Source: Cycas panzhihuaensis
Taxonomy: Eukaryota > Plantae > Cycadophyta
Reading direction: 5' to 3'
Length of the DNA: 64,000 nucleotides
NCBI GenBank assembly: GCA_023213395.1
Contig: CM041465.1
Location: 113,653,741-113,717,740, forward strand
A program made the translations under genes and the position numbers. Shown piece by piece: positions 38,394-50,842 of this stretch. Within the stretch, counting starts at the first letter, position 1. Every line of letters begins with the position of its first letter. The notes beneath the pieces are model-generated. The model saw only the letters and a list, made by a program, of their open reading frames with translations, was not told the origin of the DNA and made no database searches.

Positions 38394-39977
38394 ATATCAA
38401 AACATTATGAATGTAAAGAAGATAAGTCATAAAAATAAGATTAATTTTATATTTGACTATTTATTATAGAATGTACCCTATGCTTGGTACCAATAATTAT
38501 ACCCAGTTAAGACATGGGAGAATATTACGAAGTATTTTAAGGAGAGATAATGGCTGCCATTACATACATGAGTTGGTATTAGACTTTAAGAAAGAAATAG
38601 AAATTTAAAAGGGCAATCATAAACCTTATTATTGAGATCACGAGAGAAATAGTAATAATTAAGAAGCTAAAATATAAATAAACCTTACTATTAAGTAACA
38701 AAAATAAAGGAGACCTTAAAAGTAGAAGCCTTTAAAAAGCAAGTACAAGGTTAAAGTTATAAAGAAAGAAGCCTCAAGTTACCAAGGAGAAGAAGAATAA
38801 AAAATATAGGGGTAACAAATCCTAATTGATGAGGTGGTGTCATATTTGTGATAATAATTCATGTTCTAGTAAAGAATGAGAGGAATAATATGGTAAAAAA
38901 GTAAAATACTTGGTGTTATATTTGTAATATAGATAACCATAATATGAATAAACACTATTATAATAGATGTAAAACAAACCAATACGGTAGACGTTATGTA
39001 AGAGGGAACAACTTAACCATGATGCAATATACTAATGACACAAGAAGGCATGTGAAAAAATAATAATACATGAAGAGAGAGTAAAGGAAAGATACTAAAC
39101 TAACTAAAATAATAGAGATAAAATTAATCTATCTAATCTATCTTCATAGAAAATACCTATGGAGGGATCAAATATCACCTAATAAGAAGGTTGTTAAAAT
39201 CTAAGAGGTCCACTAGAGCATATATGCCTAAACTATTGAGAAATCTATGTGCTTGGCCTATTGTAGATACCCTTTCTAAAGGAGTTAAGACTATAGGATT
39301 CATATGATCATAGGTAGGTTTTTAGAAAATTACCAGTACTAGTGACTCACCTCATATAAGTTTGAGATAGCCTAATAGCACATGCATTTGACTCCAACTA
39401 GCTTCAAGCTCTAATAGGTAAAATAAAAAGAAGACACTACCCTCAATAAGATGCATATAGTTCACTCAGTTGTCGAGACCACACACATAAATGCATAGTC
39501 AGGATAGATGCCCTCCCTTAGGCCAATTAGAATATGAATCATAAGACTCTTCTCACATAAGGCCAAAAGATCACCTCTCTTATTTAATGATTAAATCTAG
39601 GTACAAAGAAAGTGATCTACCTTATTTGTAAAAGAATAAGGCCTTTGAGATATTATGAATCTTGATTTATTTTGTATACACAAGAAAATAATTTATATCT
39701 TCTTGTTGTTTAGGAGATTAAAGTCAAACAATTATTATTAAACTAATTTTTAGGTGTGATGTTGATGTACTCTAAAGTAAATAAATGGGAATTCATTATT
39801 TTGAATCAAATAAGAAAACTAATGATAAAAAATAATTAAATTTAAGAATCAAAATGTCTACTAGATGAATAAAGAGCCTAAAAGTTGTTTTCTTTCATTG
39901 CATTTAGATGTTACTAATACTGACAACATAACGTAGATTACGATCTACCAGGAGTGAGTGATTCCTAGGGATTACAT

Positions 39978-40166
39978 CTATGTTCCTTTTAGTTTGAAGA
40001 AATGGTGCTTCAAAGCTTCCTTAGTAGAAAGACGCTCCCTTGGGTCAAACTTTAACAAACCATGAAGTAAATCAATGAGGGCTTATGATGAGGCATCCCC
40101 ATTTTAATTGACAAGATTCCATAGGTGAGGCAATCTCTAGACTACTCAAACTCTATCTCTGGATGT
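39978..40166 (-). pseudogene. AFC: LAMMER kinase C-terminal fragment with native stop, fused to copia RT
   Basis: Reads TSRDRV...LPHLWNLV...ALIDLLHGLLKFDPRERLSTKEALKHHFFKLKGT*. Homologous to 30791-30946. Confidence 0.9.
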
Positions 40167-42953
40167 ATAATCAATCCCCTCTTGTTATTTAAAACCTCTT
40201 GCTATAAGGCAAGCTTTATGAGTGTCATATTTTATAAGGCCTTTTAGTAGTTATGGGAGTAGGAACATCCATTAATAATTTTTATACCCATTACGATGTA
40301 GTTGAATGCTAGTGGCTTCCACTGGATGGTCATCAACTAAAATTGGAGGTAAAGTTATCCTTTCTTGAGTTGTTGATATAGATGCTATTGGAATCGATGA
40401 AGGAGCTAGAGTGTAGGATGAGGCTAGTATCGGTGGCTCCACATTTTATCTAAGAGTCACTTAAGATGTACAAACTTCTTCTACTACTATAATATAAGGT
40501 TGAGGTGGAGGTAGGTTCTATGAATCTTCTATAAATATTATACCCCATGTTGCATAAACTTGGTTCCTAACTATGTCAAATACTTTATAGGCTTTACAAC
40601 CAAGTACATAGTTAAGGAAGATGCATTTCAATCTCTTGTCATCAAGCTTCTTTTTGTTGTCCTTTGAAATATATTTATATGCCATGAATCAAAAGATCTT
40701 CACGAGTGCTATGAAAGGTTTCTGGCTTGACCAAATTTCTTCAAGAGTATTATTCCTAACTATAATTTTGGGACTTATGTTGGTTAGATAAGTAGTTATG
40801 GTTGCGACATCAGCCCAAGATCTGGTGGTAAGATTTACAACACTAAGCATGGATTTTCCTTTATTTATCAATGTCTAATTCATTCTTTAGCTACACCATT
40901 TTGTTAAGGTCTGTTAGGAGTTACGAACTGATGTTGAATGCCATGTTCCTTACCCAAAATGTTGAACTAATTAGAAATATACTCACCACCATTATCAGAT
41001 CTAAAGAGCTTGATTATTTTTCTACTTTTCTTTTCTATGGCAACTTTGAACTCTTTGAATTTATTTAGGGTTTAATACTTATTTCTCAAGAAACATACCC
41101 ACATTTTCCCTGAGAAGTCATCTTTGAATGTGATGAAATGCTAGTTTTTATTGAGTGGTTAGATAGGTACCAACCTGTAAATGTCTGGGTGGACCATCTC
41201 TAATGGCGTTGGGGATTTCCATGTATTCTTAGAAGGAAAAGTCTCTTTAGTACTTTTCTATTAGGCAAGCCTCACATATGTTATTATACCTCTTAATTTT
41301 ATGTAAACCATGTACCATTTGGAGCTTAAACATGAGGTCCAAGTTTTGCATGTTTAAATGACTTAGGTGTTGATGTGATAGGTGTTCTTTGGAGCTATTT
41401 AAGATGATAATTTCCTTTCAATATGAGAATTCACCTAGTTCTTATATATAAGGTGACTCTTCATTAATCACTTCATTTACCTTATTAATTTGAGCTATGT
41501 TGGGCACTAAACAAGATTCATTTTATGGAGTAGTTGTAAGGAGGGTACCACCCAACCTATATAAGCCACCGTCTTCATGTCTTATGGCCACAAGTTTGCA
41601 TGTTGCATAATCTGTGATTCTACTAATGCCCTAGCCAAAGAGGACATGTAAATCCTGTTTGTTTATTTCATTAATAGAGAGCAAGTTCATCTCCATTTCA
41701 AGTGTAAGGAACTTATTATTGATGTGGTGCCTCATATTGGAGTCCTTCAATTCTATTGGAGCCCTACCAATTTTGGACATTATCATAAGTTAAATTATCC
41801 CCAAATGTGATAGTTTGAGTATCTATTTGGCATGTCTCTTCTAATATTTTTTCTAATCTAATCATATATCTCGTTACACTTGAGTCAAGGAGCCATGCAT
41901 TGTCATCAAGACGTGAAGAAAGAGCTCCAAAGAATAGGTTATGGAAGGAGGAATCCTAATTATCTACCACATTACTTCCTTATTATTGATTATTATGCTA
42001 GTTCCTTTAATTTTTAATAGTGAATTACTGCGAGGTCTTTCTCCTTGAGTAGGTATTAGATTCCAATTATGTTGGTAGAATTAGCCTTATGGTTGGAATG
42101 AAGACCCTTCTTATTGTTGAATAAGGCCTCTTTATTAGAAATATGGGCCTCCTTGTTAAAAAATAAGACCTCACTATTATAGAAAAAGGGCTCCTTATAA
42201 AAGCCACGATCCTCCTTACTAATATCCTTGTCTCTATTGAGAGTAACTAAGAACTCCTTATTGATAAGAGGGTGCTCCTTATTAGTAGATTAGGCCTAAT
42301 TATTAATAATAAAAGTTAGCTTGCTAGAAGTGAGGCCCATATGATTGGCTCCCTTGATTTTGCATGAGTTGTGATTCAACTTGTTGTCTCTTGCATTCAA
42401 TAACTAAGCATCTTTTTTTATCATAGTAGTGGAAACTAACATTTGGTCTAACATATTAATTCTTTTAAAGTTGTTCATATGGTTGGTATTGAGACTATTG
42501 GTGCCAATGACTTAGACAGGAGGAGGAGGTGTCAATTGGTTATTACTTCCATTATGTTAGTTATTGATATCGCTCTTGGGATATGGTCAAAGAATCCAAG
42601 TATTGAGTTAGATCTTAATTTTGACTAAACTGATGAGTTGATCATTTGATAGTCTTACGCTTTTCTAAGTTCTAGGTTGTAAAGGTAGGAGTGGGGTTAG
42701 ATATAAATGTTACCCCAAGTCAGTTGAGTATATTCTCCTCTTGTAATAAGAGTTCCTCAAAGGTCATGAAGTCTATTTTGGAGTAATTATCATGTAATTT
42801 AGAGACAAAGGATTTAAATTCTATGGATAGAATGTTCATTATGCTAGACATTAAATCATGGTTTGAAAGTAGTTCATTAAGGATTATAAGTTGGTTCCTA
42901 ATTAGTTTTACTTCAGTCAAGTGGTTTGTAATGTTGCTAACAAAAGTATACCT
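40167..42953 (-). mobile_element. Array copia copy 3 (gag to RT GIDY motif)
   Basis: Direct repeat of copy 2 at ~4.56 kb period, with the same 5' truncation point. Confidence 0.93.
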
Positions 42954-44538
42954 ATATCAAAACCTTATGAATGTAAAGAAGATAATACATAAAAATAAGA
43001 TTAATTTTATATTTGCCTATTCATTATAGAATGTACCCTATGCTTAGTACAAATAATTATACCCAACTAAGACATGGGAGAATATTACAAAGTAATTTAA
43101 GGAGAGATAATGGCTACCATTGCACACATGAGTTGGTATTAGACTTTGAAAAATAAATTGACATTTAAAAGGGCATCCATAAACCTTATTATTGAGATCA
43201 TAAGACAAATGCTAACAATTAAGAATCCAAAATATAAATAAACCTTGCTATTAAGTAACAAAAATAAAGGAGACCTCAAAAGTAGAAGCCTTTAAAAAGA
43301 AAGTCACAAGGTTAAAGTTATAAAGAAAGAAACCTCAAGTTACTAAGGAGAAGAAGAATAAAAAATATAGGGGTAATGATCCCTAACTGATGGAGTGGTG
43401 TCACATTTGTGATAATAATTCATATTTTAGTAAAGAATATACCTAAATGATAGGAATAATATGGTAAAAAAGTAAAGTACTTGGTGTTATATTTGTGATA
43501 TGGATAACCATAATATGAATAAACAATATTTTACTAGATATAAAACAAACCAATACGGTAGAGGTTATGTAAGAGGGAACAACTTAACCATGATGCAATA
43601 TACTAATGACATAAGAAGGCATGTGAAAAAATAATAATGCATGAAGAGAGAGTAAAGGAAAAGTACTAAACTAACTAAAATAATAGAGATAAAATTAACC
43701 TATCTTCATAGAAAATACCTATGGAGGGATCAAACATCACCTAATAAGAACGCTGTTAAAATCTAAGAGGTCCACTAGAGCATATATGCCTAAACTATTG
43801 AGAAATCTATGTGCTTGGCCTATTATAGATACCCTTCCTAAAGGAGTTAAGACCATAGGATTCATATGATCATAAGTAGGTTTTTAGAAAATTATCAATA
43901 CTAGTGACTCACCTCACATGAGTTTAAGATAGCCTACTAGCACATGCATTTGACTCCAACTAGCTTCAAGCTCTAATAGGTAAAATAAAAAGAAGTCACT
44001 ACTCTCAATAAGATGCATATAGTTCACTCAGTTGTCAAGACCACACACATAAATGCATAGTCAGGATAGATGCCCTCCATTAGGCCAATTAGGATATGAA
44101 TCATAAGACTCTTCTCACATAAGGCCAAAAGATCACCTCTCTTATTTCATGATTAAATCTAGGTACAAAGAAAGTGATCTACCTTATTTGTAAAAGAATA
44201 AGGCCTTTGAGATATTATGAATCTTAATTTATTTTGTATACACAAGAAAATAATTTATATCTTCTTATTGTTTAGGAGATTAAAGTCAAATAATTATTAT
44301 TAAACTAATTTCTAGGTGTGATGTTGATGTACTCTAAAGTAAATAAATGGCAATTCATTATTTTGAATCAAATAAGAAAACTAGTGATAAAAAATAATTA
44401 AATTTAAGAATAAAAATGTTTATAAGACAAATAAAGAACCTAAAAGCTATTTTCTTTCATTGCGTTTAGACGTTACTAATATTGATAACATAATGTAGAT
44501 TACGCACTATAGGAGTGAGTGATTCCCATGGATTACAT

Positions 44539-44727
44539 CTACATTCATTTTAGTTTGAAGAAATGGTGCTTCAAAGCTTCCTTAGTGGAAAGATGCTCCC
44601 TTGGGTCAAACTTCAATAAACCATGAGGCAAATCAGTGAGGGATTATGATGAGGGATCCCCATTTTGATTGACAAGATTCCATAGGTGAGGCAATCTCTG
44701 GACTACTCAAACTCTGTCTCTGGATGC
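44539..44727 (-). pseudogene. AFC: LAMMER kinase C-terminal fragment fused to copia RT
   Basis: Same junction and KFDPREHLSTKEALKHHFFK reading as 39978-40166. Confidence 0.9.
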
Positions 44728-47522
44728 ATAATCAATTTCTCTTGTTATTTAAAACCTCTTGCTATAAGGCGAGCTTTGTGAGTGTCATATTTTATAAGGC
44801 CTTTTAGTAGTTATGGGAGGAAGAACATCCATTAATAATTTTTATACCCATTATGATGTAGTTAAATGCTAGTGGCTTCCACAGGATGGTCATCAACTAA
44901 AATTGGAGGTAAAGTTATACTTTCTTGAGTTGTTGATGTAGATGCTACCAGAATCGATGAAGGAGTTAGAGTGTGGGAGGAGGCTAGGATTGGTGGCTCC
45001 ATATTTTATCCAAGAGTCACTTAAGATGCACAAACTTCTTCTACTACTATAATATAAGGTTGAGGTGGAGGTAGGTTCTATGAATCTTCTATAAATATTA
45101 TATACTGTGTTACATAAACTTGGTTCCTAACTTTATCAAATACTTTATAGGCTTTACAACTAAGTACATAGTTAAGGAAGATGCATTTCAGGCTCTTGTC
45201 ATCAAGCTTCTTTTTGTTGTCCTTTGAAATATATTTATATGCCATACGTCCAAAGATCTTCACGAGTGCTACCAAAGGTTTCTGACCTGACCAAATTTCT
45301 TCAAGAGTAATATTCCTAACTACAATTCACAGACCTATGTTAGTTAGATAAGTAGTTATGATTACGACATCAACCCAAGATTTGGTGGTAAGATTTACAA
45401 CACTAAGCATGGCTTTTCCTTTATTTATCAATGTCTAATTCATTCTTTTGACTACACCATTTTATTGAGGTGTGTTAGGAGTTGAGAACTGATGTTGAAT
45501 GCCATGTTCCTTACCCAAAATGTTGAAGTAATTAGAAATATACTCAACATCATTATCAGATCTAAGGATCTTGATTATCTTTCTACATTTCTTTTCTATG
45601 GAAGCTTTAAACTCTTTGAATTTATTTAGGGTTTCATAGTTATTTCTCAATAAACATACCCACATTTTCCTTGAGAAGTCATCTTTGAATGTGATGAAAT
45701 GCTAGTTTCTATTAAGTGGTTAGATAGGTACCAACCTGTAAATATCTGGGTTGACCATCTCTAATGGTGCTGAGGATTTCCATGCATTCTTATAAGGATA
45801 TTTTTAGCTTTAGTGATTTTCTATTAAGCAAGCCTCACATATGTTGTTGTACCTCTTAATTTTATGTAAACCATGTACCATTTGGAGCTTAAACATGAGG
45901 TCCAAGCTTTGCATATTTAAATGACTTACGCGTTGATGTGATATGTGCTCTTTGGAGCTATTTGAGATGACAATTTCCTTTTAATATGAGAATTCACCTA
46001 GTTCTTATACACAAGGGGACTCTTCATTAATCACTTCATTTACCTTATCAATTTGAGCTATGTTGGGCATTGAACAAGATTCATTTTATGGAGTAGTGGT
46101 AAGGGGGGTACCACCCAACCTACTTAAGCCACAGTCTTCATGTCTTATAGCCACAAGTTTGCATGTTGCATAATCTGTGATTCTACTAATGCCCTAGCTA
46201 AAGAGGACATGTAAATTCTGTTTGTTTATTTCATTAATAGAGAGCAAGTTCATCTCCATTTCAGGTGCAAGGAACATATTATTGATGTGGTGCCTCATAT
46301 TGAGTCCTTCAATGCTATTGGAGCCCTACCAATTTTGGTCATTATCATAAGTTAAATTATCCCCAAATGTGATAGTTTAAGTATCTATTAAGGTGTCTCT
46401 TCGAATATTTTTTCTAATGTAATCATATATCTCGTTGCACTTGAGTCAAGGAGCCATGCATCGTCATCAAGATGTAAAGAAAGAGCTCCAAGGAATAGGT
46501 TATGGAAGGAGGAATCCTAATTATCTACCACATTACTTCCCTATTATTGATTATTATGTTGGTTCCTTTAATTTTTTATAGTGAATTATTAATTATTTTG
46601 AGGTCTTTCTCCTTGAGTGGGTCTCAGATTCCAATTATGTTGGTAGAATTAGCCTTATGGTTGGAATGACGGCCCTGTCTTATTATTGAATAAGGCTTAT
46701 TTATTAGAAATATGGGCCTCCTTGTTAAAAAATAAGACCTCGCTATTATAGAAAAGGGGCTCCTTGTAGAAGGCATGATCCTCCTTACTAATATCCTTAT
46801 CTCTATTAAGAGTAACTAGGACCTCCTTACTGATAAGAGGCTGCTCCTTATTAGTAGATTAGGCCTAATTATTAATAATAAGAGTTAGCTTGCTAGATAC
46901 GAGTCCCATATGATTGGCTCCCTTAATTTTACAAGAGTTGTGAATCAACTTGTTATCTCTTGCATTCAATAACTAAGTGTCTTTTTTTATCATAGTAGTG
47001 GCAACTGACATTTGGTCTAACCTATTAATTCTTCTAAAGTTGTTCATATGGATGGTATTGAGACTGTTGGTGCCAATGACTTAGAGGGTAGGAGGAGGTG
47101 TCAATTGGTTATTACTTCCATTAGGTTGGTTGGTGATATGGCTCTTGGGATATAGTCAGAGAATCTAAGTGTTGAGTTAGATCTTAGTTTTGACTAAACT
47201 GTTGAGCTGATCTATTGATAGTCTTATGTTTTTCTGAGTTATGGGTTGTAAAGGTAAGAGCGGGATCAGATATAGATGTCACCCTAAGTCAGTTGAGTAT
47301 ATTCTCCTCTTGTAATAAGAGTTCCTCAAAGGGCATGAAGTCTATTTTGGAATAACTATCATGCAATTTGGAGACAAAGGAGTTATATTCAATGGGTAGG
47401 ATGTTCATGATGCTAGAGATTAAATCACGATTTAAAAGTTGTTCATTAAGGATTATAAGTTAGTTTCTAATTATTTTCACTTCAATCAAGTGGTGTGTAA
47501 CGTTTCCAAAAAGAGTATACCT
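44728..47522 (-). mobile_element. Array copia copy 4
   Basis: Integrase ORFs at 45078-45275 and 45462-45665, with the same boundaries as copy 3. Confidence 0.93.
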
Positions 47523-47903
47523 TTATCAAAACTTTGTGAATGTAAAGAAGCTAAATTCTAAAGTAAGGGCCACAATGGTAACTCATCCCTTGAAATGCTT
47601 CCATTGCACACATGAGTTCGTATTAGACTTTGAGAAAGAACTGGACATTTAAAAGGGTAGCCATAAACCTTATTATTGATATCAAGACACAAAATGTAAT
47701 AATTAAGAAGCCAAAATATAAATAACCTTTATTATTAAGTAATAAAAATAAAGGAGACCTCAAAAGTAGAAGACTTTAAAAAGGAAGTCACAAGGTTAAA
47801 GTTATAAAGAAAGAAACCTCAAGTTACTAAGGAGTAGAAAAATAAAAGAATATAGGGGTAACGAACCCTAATTGAAGAAGAGGTGTGACATTTGTACTGA
47901 TAT

Positions 47904-49981
47904 GACACGCCTAATCGATACTCAAATTATCACATTTGGGGATAATTTCACTTATGATAATGACCAAAATTGTTAGGGCTCCAATATCCTTCAAGGACTC
48001 CAATATAAGGTACCACATCAATAATTTGTTCCTTGCACCTGAAATGGAGATGAACTTGCTCTCTATCAATAAAATAAACAAACAAAATTTAGATGTCCTC
48101 TTTTGTTAAGGCATTAGTAGAATCATAGATCGTGCAACATGCAAACTTGTGGCCATAAGACATGAAAAGAATGACTTATATAGGTTGGGTGGTATCCCCC
48201 TTACCACTACTCCATAAAATGAATCTTGTTCAATGCCCAAAACAACTCAAATTGATAAGGTAAATGAATTGATTAATGAAGAGTCCCCTTGTATATAAGA
48301 ACCAAGTGAATTCTCATATTGAAAGGAAATTGTCATCTCAAATAGCTCCAAAAAACACCTATGGAATCAACCCTAAGTCATTTAAATATATAAAGCTTGG
48401 ACCTCATGTTTAAGCTCCAGATGGTACATGGTTTATAGAAAATTAAGAGGTACAACAATATATGTGGAGCTTGCCTAATAGAAAAGCACTACAGAGAATA
48501 ATTTACTTCTAAGAATGCATGGAGATCCTCAACACCATTACAGATGGTCCACACATACATTTGCAGGTTCATACCTGTCTAACCACTAAATAAAAACTAG
48601 CATTTCATCACATTCATAGATGACTTCTTAAGGAAAATGTGGGTCCATTTCTTAAGAAATAAGTATAAAACCCCAAATAAATTCAAAGAGTTCAAAGCTT
48701 CAATATAAAAGAAAAGTAGAAAGATAATCAAGCTCCTTAGATCTGATAATGGTGGTGAGTATATTTCTAGCAAGTTCAATATTTTGGGAAAGGAACATGG
48801 CATCCAACATCAGTTCTTAGCTCTCCACACACCTCAACAAAATGGTGTACTTAAAATAATGAATTAGACATTGATAAATAAAGGAAAAGCCATGCTTAGT
48901 GTTGTAAATCTTACCACTAGATCTTGGGTTGATGTCACAACCATAACTACTTATCTAACCGACATAAGTCCCAGAATTATAGATAGGAATATTACTCTTG
49001 AAGAAGTTTGGTCAGGTCAAAAACCATCAGTAGCACTCATGAAGATCTTTGGATGCATGGCACATAAATATATTTCAAAGGACAACAAAAAGAAGCTTGA
49101 TTATAGGAACTTGAAATGCATCTTCCTTAGCTATGTACTTGGTTGTAAAGCCTATAAAGTATTTGACATGATTGGAAACCAAGTTTGTGCAACATAGGAT
49201 ATAATATTTATAGAAGATTCATAGGACCTACCTCCACATTAACCTTATATTATAGCAGTAGAAGAAGTTCGTGCATCTTAAGTGACTCTTGAATAAATTG
49301 TTGAGCCACCAATACTAGCATCCTCCTACACTCCAACTCCTTCATCGATTCCAGTAACATCTACATCAACAACTCAAGCAAGTATAACCTTACCTTCAAT
49401 TTTAGTTAATGACCTTCAAGTGGAAGCCACTAGCATTCAACTACCTCCTAATGGGTATAACAATTATCAATGGATATTCCTCCTCCCATAACTACTAAAA
49501 GGCCTTATAAAATATGGCACTCACAAAGCTTGCCTTATAGCAAAAGTTATTAAATAATAAGAGAGGATTGATTATGACAAGACCTTTGCACCGATAGCCA
49601 ACATGATCACATTCCATTTGGTTATGTTCTTAGCAATCTAATTTAATTAGCATATTTAGCAAATGGATGTGAAGGGTGCTTTCCTCAATGGAGACCTTAA
49701 AGAAGAGGTTTTCTTGAATCAACACCCTATCTATACTATTCTAGGATAAGAACACTAAGTACGTAGACTTAAAAAGCCATCTATAGACTAAAAGAAGTAC
49801 AATGTACATAGTGTTTAAAGATTGATTCTATCCTTAACTAGCATGGATTTAATTGTTTACCATATAACCTAGATCTTTACATTCGAGTTAGAGCTTATTT
49901 CACCACAATCATTGTTCTCTATGTAAATGATCTTGCAATCAATGACATTGACACAAATGGCCTTGCTTAGCTTCAATCATA
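47904..49981 (+). mobile_element. Array copia copy 5, inverted (protease to mid-RT)
   Basis: Integrase ORF 48871-49197 on +. Reverse complement of the neighbouring copies. Confidence 0.93.
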
Positions 49982-50653
49982 TGATCATAGGTAGGTTTTT
50001 AGAAAATTACCAGTACTAGTGACTCACCTCATATAAGTTTGAGATAGCCTAATAGCACATGCATTTGACTCCAACTAGCTTCAAGCTCTAATAGGTAAAA
50101 TAAAAAGAAGTCACTACTCTCAATAAGATGCATATAGTTCACTCAGTTGTCAAGACCACACACATAAATGCATAGTCAGGATAGATGCCCTCCATTAGGC
50201 CAATTAGGATATGAATCATAAGACTCTTCTCACATAAGGCCAAAAGATCACCTCTCTTATTTCATGATTAAATCTAGGTACAAAGAAAGTGATCTACCTT
50301 ATTTGTAAAAGAATAAGGCCTTTGAGATATTATGAATCTTAATTTATTTTGTATACACAAGAAAATAATTTATATCTTCTTGTTGTTTAGGAGATTAAAG
50401 TCAAATAATTATTATTAAACTAATTTCTAGGTGTGATGTTGATGTACTCTAAAGTAAATAAATGGCAATTAATTATTTTGAATCAAATAAGAAAACTAGT
50501 GATAAAAAATAATTAAATTTAAGAATAAAAATGTTTATAAGACAAATAAAGAACCTAAAAGCTATTTTCTTTCATTGCGTTTAGACGTTACTAATATTGA
50601 TAACATAATGTAGATTACGCACTATAGGAGTGAGTGATTCCCATGGATTACAT

Positions 50654-50842
50654 CTACATTCATTTTAGTTTGAAGAAATGGTGCTTCAAAGCTTCCTTAG
50701 TGGAAAGATGCTCCCTTGGGTCAAACTTCAATAAACCATGAGGCAAATCAGTGAGGGATTATGATGAGGGATCCCCATTTTGATTGACAAGATTCCATAG
50801 GTGAGGCAATCTCTGGACTACTCAAACTCTGTCTCTGGATGC
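50654..50842 (-). pseudogene. AFC: LAMMER kinase C-terminal fragment fused to copia RT
   Basis: Duplicate of 44539-44727. Confidence 0.9.

Noticed and set aside
39620-39977. Poly(A) tail or TSD of a LINE-mediated retrocopy
   Set aside because: Only short A/T runs typical of the background, with no flanking duplication seen.
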